A stretch of 64,000 bases of DNA from Planctomycetota bacterium (lineage in GTDB: Bacteria > Planctomycetota > SZUA-567 > H5-PLA8): assembly GCA_016200135.1 (NCBI GenBank), contig JACQFI010000115.1, positions 1 through 64,000 on the forward strand, written 5' to 3'. Made by a program: the position numbers and the translations under genes. Position 1 is the first letter of the stretch. The number at the start of each line of letters is the position of its first letter. Positions 19,640-29,143 of the stretch are shown piece after piece. Under the pieces are notes generated by a model. That model searched no databases. It was not told the origin of the DNA and worked only from the letters and a program-made list of their open reading frames with translations.

Positions 19640-21454
19640 CTATTTTGCTCGCAGATCGTAACACGTCACACCGTCTTCGGATCGCACGAACATCAGCCCG
19701 CCCGCCAGCGCCACCGGATTTGACCAGGGGCATATTTTCGGTTTGAACTGCCCGAGGGAGATAAAGTTTTCAGGAGTGGCTCTCACCAAGTCCATCTGGC
19801 AACTTCCCCAGACATCTAGGTCGCCCTTCCCTCTCTTTATCACAATCATTTTCCCATCGGCCAGGAGCCAGGGAACTCCACAACTTTTGTCGGTCCAGTT
19901 CATTTTACCCGTCTTTACATCAAAACAGCATAACCCGGTAAGTTTGCTGGGTTTGATTTCGGTACCGGTGACGTATTCGTATAAGTGGTCTTGGTAGAGA
20001 ATCTGTCCGAGGCAATTGAGGCTTGCCCCCTCGGGACACCCATCCAACCTGGCGAGCGGTTCAACCTTGGCCGGCGATATCCTATAGAGGCCGACCATAA
20101 CCAGAACGTTGCCGGCGATTCCCACGCTGACAGGTTCCGCCTCATCGTTCTTCAGCGTCCAGCAGTTCTCTCCCGTTTTCAGGTCGAGACAGCTGAGAGA
20201 CTCTTTTGCATTTCCGGTGGATGCGAAGACATAGCTCCTGCCGTCCTGCGACCATATGAGCGCCGAGGAGTTGTCGCCGCCTTTCTGCCAGGCAGGAATG
20301 CCCTTCCAGAGAGGATTCTTCCAAAGTAATTTTCCGCTTTCGGCGTCGTAAGCAGATCCGCAATGATAAACAACACCATCCGCCACCAGCACCGAAGGAT
20401 GCACGGGGTCACGCTTAACGTACCATACCAGATTCCCGTCTTTCTCCGACACACAGTACAAGCCCCGGGCTCCGGTGAAATAACACTTGCCGTTCCAGAC
20501 GGCCGGCGAGGAACTGACTCCCAAGACTTCGCCGGCGTCAATGAAGGGGCCATTACACCAGTTGCCCGTTTCCTGTTTTATTTTGGCCAATGCATCGGCA
20601 TCCAGGGGAAAATCCTTCTTCCAGAGCATCTTGCCGGAAGCGGCATCCAGGCAAACCAGGGTATCCGATGCCATCGTGTAACCGTGTTTCCACACCGCTT
20701 CGAAGAACATGGACATGCCCAAGTGGTGCGTCAAATGGCCCCTGCGGGTAGTTTTGCTCAGTTCCCCCGCCCACTTCGTAAGCGACGGATATCCCACGTC
20801 CTGCATTTTGCTCAACGTGACCAACTCTTCCCAGGTAAAGCCGGGATCGTTCCCCCATTTGTTAGACACATGATTGATGCACAGTCGCCGCCGGATGTGC
20901 GCGTCGAATTTCTTAGCCTCGTCCGTACTCAACGTAGCAAGGAAATCCTTGATGTATTTGTCCAGCTCCGGCTTTTTCGCCAGAAACTCGTTCAGCGCAT
21001 TATCGTCCTTCATTTCCCACCACGGCCACCCGACGCTGTTCGGGCGGTTCGGAGATGACCAAGCGGCTTCGATTTTTTTCGCCAGTTCGTCCGGCAAATC
21101 CGGCAACCAGCCCGCGTTCGCCAACACGTCCGTGGTGATGAGTTTGTACAAGTTCCCACCGCCCACGGGTTGTTTCCATTGGACGTAAACGAACACTTTC
21201 CCATCAGCCACGACCGGCCCGCCGCATCCTCCGGAATAAAATCCGGGGATCCACTCGCTATTCCAAAGCACTGGCGGGCCTTCTTTGGGCCAACTGTCGA
21301 GAAGTTTAGGACTGTTGACCGCGATGCCGTCTCGGTTCGGTCCGCGCCATTGGGGCCAGTCGGAATTATTGGCCGGCGGCTCCGCCGCTGAAAGCAAACC
21401 TGCGCCAAGCAACGCCCCTGTCGCAAGGAGCACCGAAATCGCCATGTCTTTCAC
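19640..21454 (-). CDS. Secreted PQQ-like beta-propeller repeat protein, short form
   Basis: Signal peptide followed by NSDWPQWRGPNRDG. 604 aa. Confidence 0.8.
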   Translation of the reverse strand: MKDMAISVLLATGALLGAGLLSAAEPPANNSDWPQWRGPNRDGIAVNSPKLLDSWPKEGPPVLWNSEWIPGFYSGGCGGPVVADGKVFVYVQWKQPVGGGNLYKLITTDVLANAGWLPDLPDELAKKIEAAWSSPNRPNSVGWPWWEMKDDNALNEFLAKKPELDKYIKDFLATLSTDEAKKFDAHIRRRLCINHVSNKWGNDPGFTWEELVTLSKMQDVGYPSLTKWAGELSKTTRRGHLTHHLGMSMFFEAVWKHGYTMASDTLVCLDAASGKMLWKKDFPLDADALAKIKQETGNWCNGPFIDAGEVLGVSSSPAVWNGKCYFTGARGLYCVSEKDGNLVWYVKRDPVHPSVLVADGVVYHCGSAYDAESGKLLWKNPLWKGIPAWQKGGDNSSALIWSQDGRSYVFASTGNAKESLSCLDLKTGENCWTLKNDEAEPVSVGIAGNVLVMVGLYRISPAKVEPLARLDGCPEGASLNCLGQILYQDHLYEYVTGTEIKPSKLTGLCCFDVKTGKMNWTDKSCGVPWLLADGKMIVIKRGKGDLDVWGSCQMDLVRATPENFISLGQFKPKICPWSNPVALAGGLMFVRSEDGVTCYDLRAK

Positions 21455-21496
21455 TTTCTTCTCCTACTACCGCTGGTCCTGTTGCACCCTCCGCCA

Positions 21497-23275
21497 TCAC
21501 CTCGCCGTCAGATCGTAGCAGGCGACACCATCGACAAGACGCAAATACAATTTGTCGGCGGCAATGGCTGGGGAGCTGTACACATTGACTTTCGGGTTGA
21601 AAAGGCCTAGCTGGATATATTTCTCGGGAGTGGCTTTGACCATCTCGACCTGAAAACTGCCGTCATAATGGCCTTTCCCGAAAATATTGACGATCTTGCC
21701 GTCGGCCAGGGCCGTCACATTGCAAAGCGTTTCGCCGGGAAGCGCCTGGGTCCACCGGAGGGCGCCGGTTTTCATATCCAGACAATACCAGACCGCGCCG
21801 CTATCCGAGCAGCCCATCACAAAAAGAGAATCTTGAGCGACGAGATAACTTCCCCTCTCGTTCATTTTCACCGTCTGCTTCCACAGGAGCGTGGCGGCGG
21901 CTGGCGTCACCTTGTAGGCTTCCACTTGGGTCGCGCCGCGCAGAATCAGAGTGTCGCCGCTGAGGACCGGCGTGAAGATACTGGGCGCGCCCGGCACGCT
22001 CCAGACAACCTTTCCAGTATCCAATTCAAGACAGCACCAGGAGCGATTGCCGTCGGTGGTGATGATATAATCTTTGCCTGCCGCAGACCATAGAATCGGA
22101 GAACTGACATTTGCGGCAAATTCCCATTGCCTCAAGTTGGACTTCCATTGAGGGTGTTTCCAGAGCAACTTGCCGTCGGTGGCGTTGTAGGCCGCGCCGC
22201 AGTGATACACCACTCCCTTGGCGACCAGCGGCGAGGCATGCGCCGGTTCATCCTTCACCTGCCACAAGAGAACACCGTCCTTGGCCGACAGGCAATACAA
22301 CCCCATGATCCCGGCAAAGTAGCACTTACCCTCCGAGAGGGTCGGCGTGCCGCTGGCGCCAATGTATCCAAAACCGCCATTGCCCACGTTCAAGTAGCGC
22401 ATCACCCGCTCCCGATCTTCCGGGAAATCTTTTTTCCAGAGTTCTTTTCCCGAGGCGGCATCCAGGCAGACGAGCGTGTCGGACTGCGTACTCGCTCGCA
22501 ACCAGGCGTTGGGTATAAGCCAGCCGGCTTTGTCGTCGAAAACCGCTCTGTCAAAAAACAACTCGCTTCCCGACCTTTTCTGGTAATTCCAGGCAAACTC
22601 CGTCTCCTTGTCGCGCCACGCGCTCATCTTGGTCAATTCGTCCCATGTGAAACCGCCCGTCGGATTCCAACCCTTTTTCGGTCCGGATATGCAGAGCCGC
22701 CGTTTGATATACGTTCCGTATTTTTGGGCGTCTGCCGGAGACAGGGTAGCGACGAAATCCTTGATGTACTTGTCCACTTCCGGCGTTTGCGCGATGAACG
22801 CTTCAAGCTCTGCATCCTTCGGGCCGGTGACGGCATACCAAGGCGGCGCTTTGGCGCAGCTCGGCCGGTTGGGGGAAGCCCAGGATTCTTCGATCTTCTT
22901 CGCCAACGCGTCGGGAAGGTCCGGCAACCAGCCGGCATCCAGCAGCAATTCCGTCGTGACCAGGCGGTATTTGCGTCCTCCACCGACCGGACGCATCCAG
23001 TTGACGTACAGAAAAACTTTTCCATCCGCCACCACCGGACTGCCGGCGCCGCCCTCGCCGCAGCCGGGGATCCATTCGCTCTTCCAGACTTGCGGGGGGC
23101 CTTCCTTGGGCCAGGCGTCGAGCAGTTTGGGGCTATTGAGCGCGATGCCGTCGCGGTTGGGGCCGCGCCACTGCGGCCAGTCGGAACGCGCCGGGGCTTC
23201 CGCGCCTAAAAGCGTGGCGACGCCGCACATAAAGAGGTGCGCAGTGGCGGTCCGAAGATTCAGAGCAAGGGTCAT
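21497..23275 (-). CDS. Secreted PQQ-like beta-propeller repeat protein, short form
   Basis: Signal-like N-terminus followed by RSDWPQWRGPNRDG. 592 aa. Confidence 0.8.
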   Translation of the reverse strand: MTLALNLRTATAHLFMCGVATLLGAEAPARSDWPQWRGPNRDGIALNSPKLLDAWPKEGPPQVWKSEWIPGCGEGGAGSPVVADGKVFLYVNWMRPVGGGRKYRLVTTELLLDAGWLPDLPDALAKKIEESWASPNRPSCAKAPPWYAVTGPKDAELEAFIAQTPEVDKYIKDFVATLSPADAQKYGTYIKRRLCISGPKKGWNPTGGFTWDELTKMSAWRDKETEFAWNYQKRSGSELFFDRAVFDDKAGWLIPNAWLRASTQSDTLVCLDAASGKELWKKDFPEDRERVMRYLNVGNGGFGYIGASGTPTLSEGKCYFAGIMGLYCLSAKDGVLLWQVKDEPAHASPLVAKGVVYHCGAAYNATDGKLLWKHPQWKSNLRQWEFAANVSSPILWSAAGKDYIITTDGNRSWCCLELDTGKVVWSVPGAPSIFTPVLSGDTLILRGATQVEAYKVTPAAATLLWKQTVKMNERGSYLVAQDSLFVMGCSDSGAVWYCLDMKTGALRWTQALPGETLCNVTALADGKIVNIFGKGHYDGSFQVEMVKATPEKYIQLGLFNPKVNVYSSPAIAADKLYLRLVDGVACYDLTAR

Positions 23276-23350
23276 CGTGGGTTGTTCCTATCGGCGCTCC
23301 CGGCGCATGGACTGGCCAGGCGGCGATTGCGTGGTTTTTCTTTCGCGCGG

Positions 23351-25915
23351 CTATTTGGCCGGCGCCGCGGGGGGATCGATGAAGACGCCGCCCACCCAGA
23401 CGGCGTGGCCTTCATCCTGGATGGTGGTGATCACGCGCGCGATCACCTGGCCTTTGAGGTTCCAGACGAGGTACTGCTCCTTCTTGGCATCGGCGAGGGT
23501 CTGGGTGTCCAGGATCGCCTTCGTATCGGCGTCCTGCATCTCCACGGTGATGGCGCCGCCCGCGGGGAGGTAGAGCGCCACCTGATGCTCCTTGCCGTCG
23601 GTGAACTCGAGGTCGACGTCCATCTGTTCGCCGGCGCGCCACCACGTGATCGAACGGCCCGTGGCGTTGCCGGAGAGCTGCAGGTTGCGGGTGTTGGCCT
23701 GCGTGTTCGCCCACGGGACGCTGTCGACCTTGTTGTTCACCGTTACGTTCGCGCACTTGGGGACCGCGCCGGCCTTCTCGGCGCAGATCACGGCGCCTTC
23801 CGTGCCGTAAACGCCCTTCCAGTTTCCGGAAGTGGTCTCGTCGCCCTTCACAAACTTGGCAGCCGCGCGCTGAGGTTCGGCGACGGTGGCGGTCATCTTC
23901 TCGCGGCGGGGCTCGCCCTGGCTCACCGGGAAAGCGGCGTACATCAGCGTCACGGCGTCGCCGGTCTTCCAGGTCTTGTCCGTGATCAGGTTCACGCCCT
24001 TGCCTTCCGGATCGAGATCGACGCGCGTGACCTTCGCGCCGGCGAGTTCGAAGTTCTCGGGCTTGTTCCAGCGCCCGTCCTGCTGGAGCGGCAGGTCGCT
24101 CGTGAGCATGATCGTGTTCTCGAAACCTTTCCGGAATTTCAGCAAGCGCGCTTCGTTCCAGGCGAAGGCCGTCACAGGCTGGCCATTCTTGGCCGCCAGC
24201 GCGCCGCCGCCCGCGTACGAGAGGCTAAACGGGACCGCGGCATTCCGGATGTCGACGACGATCTCGTCGCCGTTGATCTGCGCCGCGGCCGGTCGCGTTC
24301 CGGCGGCGTCGGCGATCTGCAGGCCGTTGGACGGGTCCTTGACCGCCAGGCCGCCGCCGGTCTGCTTGAAGCGGAAAGTGAGCGCGTCCTTGGCGGCCGC
24401 CACGGCGTCGAGGTACGCGGCGTGTTCCTGGAGGTCGTAGCAGGCGATGCCGTCGAGCAGGCGCAGGTACAGCTTCCCGCCGGCGATGGCCGGCGAGGTC
24501 ATCATGCACATCTTCGGATTGAAGACGCCGAGTTCGACGTATTTCTCGGGCGTGGCTTTGATCATCGCGAGGGAGTAGGTGAGGTCGCCGAAGTTCTTGG
24601 TCAACTGGTGGCTCTCGCCCAGCGTCGTGAAGAGTTTCCCATCGGCAAGGACGGTCGCGGAGAACTCGCCGACGCCGCCCCGCATCGACTGCTTCCAGTT
24701 GAACTCCCCCGACTTCAGGTCCAGGCACTTGTAGGCGCCGCCGGGCACGTACAGGTGGTCCTGCCAGACGATGTCACCCAGGCCGTCGCTGAAGGGCTTC
24801 TTCCAGAGGACTTCCGCGCCCGCCGGCGTGATCCTGCACGCCTTGGCGCCGCTCCCGGCGTAACTGGTCGCGACCATCAGGAGGTCCCCGCACAAGGTCG
24901 GGATCGTGTTCATGTCGCCCTTCAGGGACCACTGGACCTTGCCGGTTTCCAGGTCGAGGCAGACGTACGCGGAGTTGTGATCGTCGGCGCAGTTGGAGGT
25001 GACGATGTAGTTCCGGCCGCCGGCGGCGAAGAGGAGCGGCGAACTGTAGCGCGCGTTCGTTTCGTAGCGCTTGTGCTTGGCGTCCCAGAGTGAATTTTTC
25101 CAGAGGACGGCGCCGGACTCGGCGTTATACGCAACGCCCGCGTGGTACACGATGCCGTTGGCGACCAGCGGCGAACAGTGCTCGGGGTCCGCCTTCGCCT
25201 GCCACAGCAGTGCGCCGTCCTTGGCCGAGAGGCAGTACAGCCCCATGGCTCCGGCGGCGTAGCACTTGCCGCTCCAGACCGCCGGCGTGGCGCTGACGAA
25301 ACCGTCTTCAAAGGTCCACCACTGCACCCCGCCCAGCTTTTTCAGTAGGGCGGTATCGACGGGAAAATCCTTCCGCCACAGGGTCTTGCCCGAGGCGGCA
25401 TCCAGGCAGACAACCGTATCGTTCAAGATTGTGGCGTGCCTCCACGCGTAGTATTGAGGATAGCTGGCGAAGGCGCCCAGTTTCACATCCTTGATCTTCC
25501 CCAGCGCTTTTTCCCATTCGCGTTTGCTGGCGATGCCCACATCTTTCAGACTTTCCAGCTTCACCGCGACGTCTGCGGTAATGATGTTGTCCTTGATCGC
25601 GGCGTTGAGGATCTCCGTCGTGACCAGCTTGTACGTCTGCCCGCCGCCCACGGGCAGTTTCGCGTTGGCGTAGACGAACACCTTTCCATCCGCCACGACA
25701 GGACTGGCGACGCCGCCCTCTTCACAGGCGGGGATCCATTCGCTCTTCCAGAGCTGCTGCGGCCCTTCTTTGGGCCAGGCGTCGAGGAGTTTGGGGCTGT
25801 TGAGCGCGATGCCGTCGCGGTTGGGGCCGCGCCACTGGGGCCAGTCGCTGTCCGCGGCGGTGGCGCATGACGCGAAGACCGCCATGCAGAACACTGCTTG
25901 AATGCGCGTGTGCAT
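23351..25915 (-). CDS. Secreted PQQ-like beta-propeller repeat protein, long form (first gene of the array in the direction of transcription)
   Basis: The start is refined to MHTRIQAVFCMAVFASCATAADSDWPQWRGPNRDG (the ORF extends to 25987). Contains FVKGDETTSGNWKGVYGTEGAVICAE. Confidence 0.75.
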   Translation of the reverse strand: MHTRIQAVFCMAVFASCATAADSDWPQWRGPNRDGIALNSPKLLDAWPKEGPQQLWKSEWIPACEEGGVASPVVADGKVFVYANAKLPVGGGQTYKLVTTEILNAAIKDNIITADVAVKLESLKDVGIASKREWEKALGKIKDVKLGAFASYPQYYAWRHATILNDTVVCLDAASGKTLWRKDFPVDTALLKKLGGVQWWTFEDGFVSATPAVWSGKCYAAGAMGLYCLSAKDGALLWQAKADPEHCSPLVANGIVYHAGVAYNAESGAVLWKNSLWDAKHKRYETNARYSSPLLFAAGGRNYIVTSNCADDHNSAYVCLDLETGKVQWSLKGDMNTIPTLCGDLLMVATSYAGSGAKACRITPAGAEVLWKKPFSDGLGDIVWQDHLYVPGGAYKCLDLKSGEFNWKQSMRGGVGEFSATVLADGKLFTTLGESHQLTKNFGDLTYSLAMIKATPEKYVELGVFNPKMCMMTSPAIAGGKLYLRLLDGIACYDLQEHAAYLDAVAAAKDALTFRFKQTGGGLAVKDPSNGLQIADAAGTRPAAAQINGDEIVVDIRNAAVPFSLSYAGGGALAAKNGQPVTAFAWNEARLLKFRKGFENTIMLTSDLPLQQDGRWNKPENFELAGAKVTRVDLDPEGKGVNLITDKTWKTGDAVTLMYAAFPVSQGEPRREKMTATVAEPQRAAAKFVKGDETTSGNWKGVYGTEGAVICAEKAGAVPKCANVTVNNKVDSVPWANTQANTRNLQLSGNATGRSITWWRAGEQMDVDLEFTDGKEHQVALYLPAGGAITVEMQDADTKAILDTQTLADAKKEQYLVWNLKGQVIARVITTIQDEGHAVWVGGVFIDPPAAPAK

Positions 25916-26043
25916 GATGGGTTTTCCTCGTCCGCGTTCATGGTTAGGTGGAAAGAGTTTGCCAAGCCCCTGCATCGTCTTCGACATACGCCACTGTTGG
26001 ACGCCCTGCGGCGAATTCTTGTTGCCTGCTTCTTAAAGTCATT

Positions 26044-26059
26044 TTCTGTGCTAGAAAAT
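26044..26059 (-). promoter_or_regulatory. Conserved upstream motif TTCTGTGCTAGAAAAT, copy 3 (~129 bp upstream of the 25915 start)
   Basis: The extended match TCATTTTCTGTGCTAGAAAAT is identical to copy 1. Confidence 0.45.
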
Positions 26060-26249
26060 AGATGATGGTTAGACGCCTTGAAGCGGGGGAAGCCCGCAGG
26101 CAGAAGGGGCGGACGGAGTTCGTGAGCGCTCTTCTGCATGCGCGGGGTTAAACACCTATCAATTAAAGAAGGCATACATCGTAATTCTTGGTTATCTTGG
26201 CGCTTTGGCGATTCATTTGATGAGACGTTCTAAGGCTTGCCGAGACACG

Positions 26250-26651
26250 TCACGCAGGCTCGGGGAGTTCCCAAACGCGGTGGGTCGCCACTTCCAGATG
26301 ATTGCCGGCGGGGTCGTGGAAGTAGATCGAGTGGCCACCGTTCGGCCAGGCGACTTCGGAGTCGATCGGCACGTCCTTTTCCAAGAGCCACGCGCGCCAT
26401 GCGGACAGGTCTTTCTCGGTAATAGCAAAAGCCGTGTGTCCCGCGCCAAAGGCCCCATGCGCGGACGGGCCTTCCAGGCTCGTGCTGCGCGGGTTGAAAA
26501 GCAGAAACATCTGCGCGCCGCAGCGCAAAAAGAGATGCCGGTCTTCCTTACGCGCGTAGACGGTCATGCCGAGCACCTCGGTGTAGAAGCGCTCGGCTTC
26601 CGCCAGGTCGGCGCAGTACAGACAGGTCTCGAGAACCGCGTCCACTTTCAT
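26250..26651 (-). CDS. VOC-family (glyoxalase/bleomycin-resistance/extradiol dioxygenase fold) protein
   Basis: MKVDAVLETCLYCADLAEAERFYTEVLGM ... GHTAFAI ... HSIYFHDPAGNHLE is typical of the VOC fold. Confidence 0.6.
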   Translation of the reverse strand: MKVDAVLETCLYCADLAEAERFYTEVLGMTVYARKEDRHLFLRCGAQMFLLFNPRSTSLEGPSAHGAFGAGHTAFAITEKDLSAWRAWLLEKDVPIDSEVAWPNGGHSIYFHDPAGNHLEVATHRVWELPEPA

Positions 26652-26705
26652 GCACATTAGCTTCGCGCAAGGTGCCGGGGCAGGCAACGTGAATCTTTAT
26701 GGGCG

Positions 26706-27419
26706 TCAGGCCGGCGCCCGGCCGAGGTCCAGCAGGATCGAGCCGGCGCGGCGGTTCCAGCGCATGCCGACGGGCGGGAGGCCCGTGGCGAAGGCTTCGG
26801 CGTAGGGGCACCAGATCGACTTGCCGAGCGCGGCGTTGTACTCCGTGAGTATCTTCGTCCAGGCTTCCGCGTGCGATTTATGCAGCGCAATCATCTTCAG
26901 CTTCTGTTCGAAAACGGCGCCGATGTTGACGTAGACGTCGGGCTTCGGCACGCAGCGGTCGTCACCGGCCATCAGGCCCATGTAGATCTCGGTGGTCCAG
27001 AACGCATCGGCCAGGTGGAGCGCCTTCCAGGCAATGTTCCAGACGGCGGCGTGGTCGGGCTTTTCGCAGGGCCAGTGCGTGAAGAGCGCGGCGGGCTTGA
27101 GGCGCGCAATGATTTCCGCGGCCTTCTTGCAAACGGTGGAATGCGCGTGGATCTCGCTGTCGGGTTCGTCGAGAAATGTGAGGCTCGCGCCGAACATCTT
27201 GCAGGCGGCGGCTTCTTCCGCGCAACGCGTCGCGGCGACTTCAGGATTGGGCGGCGTGGGCCCCTGGCCTTTCCACTCGTAACCGCGCTCGCCGCGGCTG
27301 GCGACGACGACATGGAATTGGTGCGTCTCCTGGAGCAGCAGCGCGGTGCCGCCCAAGATGAAGGTGACGTCGTCGGGGTGGGCCATGAGGCAGACGATGT
27401 TGGGTTTGGGAGCGGGCAT
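26706..27419 (-). CDS. PIG-L/LmbE-family N-acetylglucosaminyl deacetylase
   Basis: The N-terminal AHPDDVTFILGGT motif (the AHPDDE signature of PIG-L) and conserved His/Asp residues. Confidence 0.7.
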   Translation of the reverse strand: MPAPKPNIVCLMAHPDDVTFILGGTALLLQETHQFHVVVASRGERGYEWKGQGPTPPNPEVAATRCAEEAAACKMFGASLTFLDEPDSEIHAHSTVCKKAAEIIARLKPAALFTHWPCEKPDHAAVWNIAWKALHLADAFWTTEIYMGLMAGDDRCVPKPDVYVNIGAVFEQKLKMIALHKSHAEAWTKILTEYNAALGKSIWCPYAEAFATGLPPVGMRWNRRAGSILLDLGRAPA

Positions 27420-27572
27420 GGGCTATCCTTTCCGGAGAAGGTTTAACGGCTTTCTTTTACCGCGAAGCCGCCCAGAGCGCCAAGCATGCCGCTGCCCGGC
27501 CCTTGGGAATCTGCGATTTGTGCGCGCGCAGCGTGCGCATAGATTGAACGCAAACTTGGGCAAGGATGACGC

Positions 27573-28223
27573 ATGCGCGTTCTGTACCTCGGCAACAGCC
27601 AGATGGTCTGCAACTGCAACCTGCCGGAAATCGTCCGGAAGCTCTCGGATTCGTCCTCCGATCCGAAAGCCAAACTTGAGGCGGACCAAGTGGTGATCGG
27701 CGGCGCGACCATGGATCGGCTCTGGAACGACGGCCGGCCGCTCGCGGCGGTGCAGGCCGCGACGTACGCCTGGGTGCTCTGCCACGAGATCGTCTACAGC
27801 TACGGCGGCAACGGCGAACGGCTGCGTACGTTCGGGCGCAAGTTCTACGCGGAAGCGCGCAAGAAAAATTCGCGCATGCTCTTTTACGCCAGCGGCGACG
27901 TGGAAGGCCAGCGCGGCACGCATGCGGCCATGTATCGCGACGCGGCGGAGCTGGCGCGCGAGTGCGGCGGGCGCGTGGCCGGGGGCGGGATGGCCTGGCT
28001 GCAGGCGTGGGCGCAGCGCCCGGAGCTGGACTTCCATTGTCCGGACCGCGCGCACCCGAGCGCGATGGGCTACTACCTGAACGCGTGCGTGCTCTTCGCC
28101 GCGTTCACGGACTGTGCGCCCGTGGGCCTGGACGCGCATACCTTGAGCACGGCCGACGCGGAGTTCCTGCAGCGGATCGCGTGGGAGCAGTACCACGACG
28201 ACCGCAAGAACGAGAAAGGCTAG
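27573..28223 (+). CDS. SGNH/GDSL-like hydrolase family protein (putative)
   Basis: LYLGNSQ at block I position; DRAHPS near the C-terminus is consistent with the SGNH catalytic Asp-x-x-His block. The call is weak. Confidence 0.45.
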   Translation: MRVLYLGNSQMVCNCNLPEIVRKLSDSSSDPKAKLEADQVVIGGATMDRLWNDGRPLAAVQAATYAWVLCHEIVYSYGGNGERLRTFGRKFYAEARKKNSRMLFYASGDVEGQRGTHAAMYRDAAELARECGGRVAGGGMAWLQAWAQRPELDFHCPDRAHPSAMGYYLNACVLFAAFTDCAPVGLDAHTLSTADAEFLQRIAWEQYHDDRKNEKG

Positions 28224-28353
28224 GCGGCGTCTATCCCGCCGCATGCAGGCTCAAGACCTTTCCGTCCTTTCACTTGGCATAACCGGCGGATTACGCTCGA
28301 ACTCATCATACCTGAACAATTGAAAAGCATCCTATACGTGGGGGTGCCGTCCC

Positions 28354-29046
28354 ATGGCCATTCACTATCAGCGCGAAATCGAGCTGCTTAAGAAACGCGT
28401 GTTGGGCTTGAGCACGATCGTTGAAGAGAGCGTGCACCGCGCCATCGCAGCGCTGGAACGCCACGACGAGCGGAGCGCGCAGAAGGTCGTCCAGGCCGAC
28501 GACGAGATCGACCTGCGCGAAGTAGACCTGGAAGAGGACTGCCTGAAGATCCTGGCGCTGTACAAACCGGTCGCGAACGACCTGCGCTTCATCGTCACGG
28601 TCATGAAGATCAACAGCGACCTGGAACGCATCGGGGATCTGGCGTCGAACATCGCCAAGACCGCGATCTACCTGGCGTACAAGCCCAGGCAAGACTTGCC
28701 GGACGAGTTGATCCGCATGGCCGAGCTGGCCCAGGGGATGCTGCACGGCAGCCTGGACGCGCTGATCGAGCAGGATTCGCAGCGCGCGCGGGAGATCTGG
28801 GCGCGCGACGTGGAAGTGGACGCCCTGAACCGGCACGTGTACGAGCAGATCGTCGCGTCGATCGGCCGGCACCCCGAGCGCGCGGACGCGTACGTGCGGA
28901 TCCTCTCGGTCGCCCGGCGGCTCGAACGCGTGGCCGACCACGCGACGAATATCGCGGAGAACGTCATCTACATGGTGGAAGGCGCCATCGTGCGGCACCG
29001 TTCGGAGCAAGTGCGCGAAGCGCAACCGCGGCAGTTGACGGCGTGA
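28354..29046 (+). CDS. phoU: Phosphate signalling complex protein PhoU
   Basis: Full-length PhoU-like sequence with two repeated helical halves (ERIGDLASNIAKTA / ERVADHATNIAENV). No pstSCAB genes nearby. Confidence 0.85.
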   Translation: MAIHYQREIELLKKRVLGLSTIVEESVHRAIAALERHDERSAQKVVQADDEIDLREVDLEEDCLKILALYKPVANDLRFIVTVMKINSDLERIGDLASNIAKTAIYLAYKPRQDLPDELIRMAELAQGMLHGSLDALIEQDSQRAREIWARDVEVDALNRHVYEQIVASIGRHPERADAYVRILSVARRLERVADHATNIAENVIYMVEGAIVRHRSEQVREAQPRQLTA

Positions 29047-29065
29047 AGGGCAGTGGACAGCGGTT

Positions 29066-29085
29066 AGCTCGTTGGCTGGTTAGCC
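29066..29085. terminator. GC hairpin (CGTTGGCT-ggtt-AGCCAACG) between convergent phoU and the pyruvate-kinase-like gene; candidate bidirectional terminator
   Basis: A perfect 8-9 bp stem read directly. It is followed by a direct repeat AACCAGCCAA x2. Confidence 0.35.
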
Positions 29086-29143
29086 AACGAACTAGTAAAC
29101 CAGCCAATGAGCGAACCAGCCAAACCGGCATATTGAATTGGCG

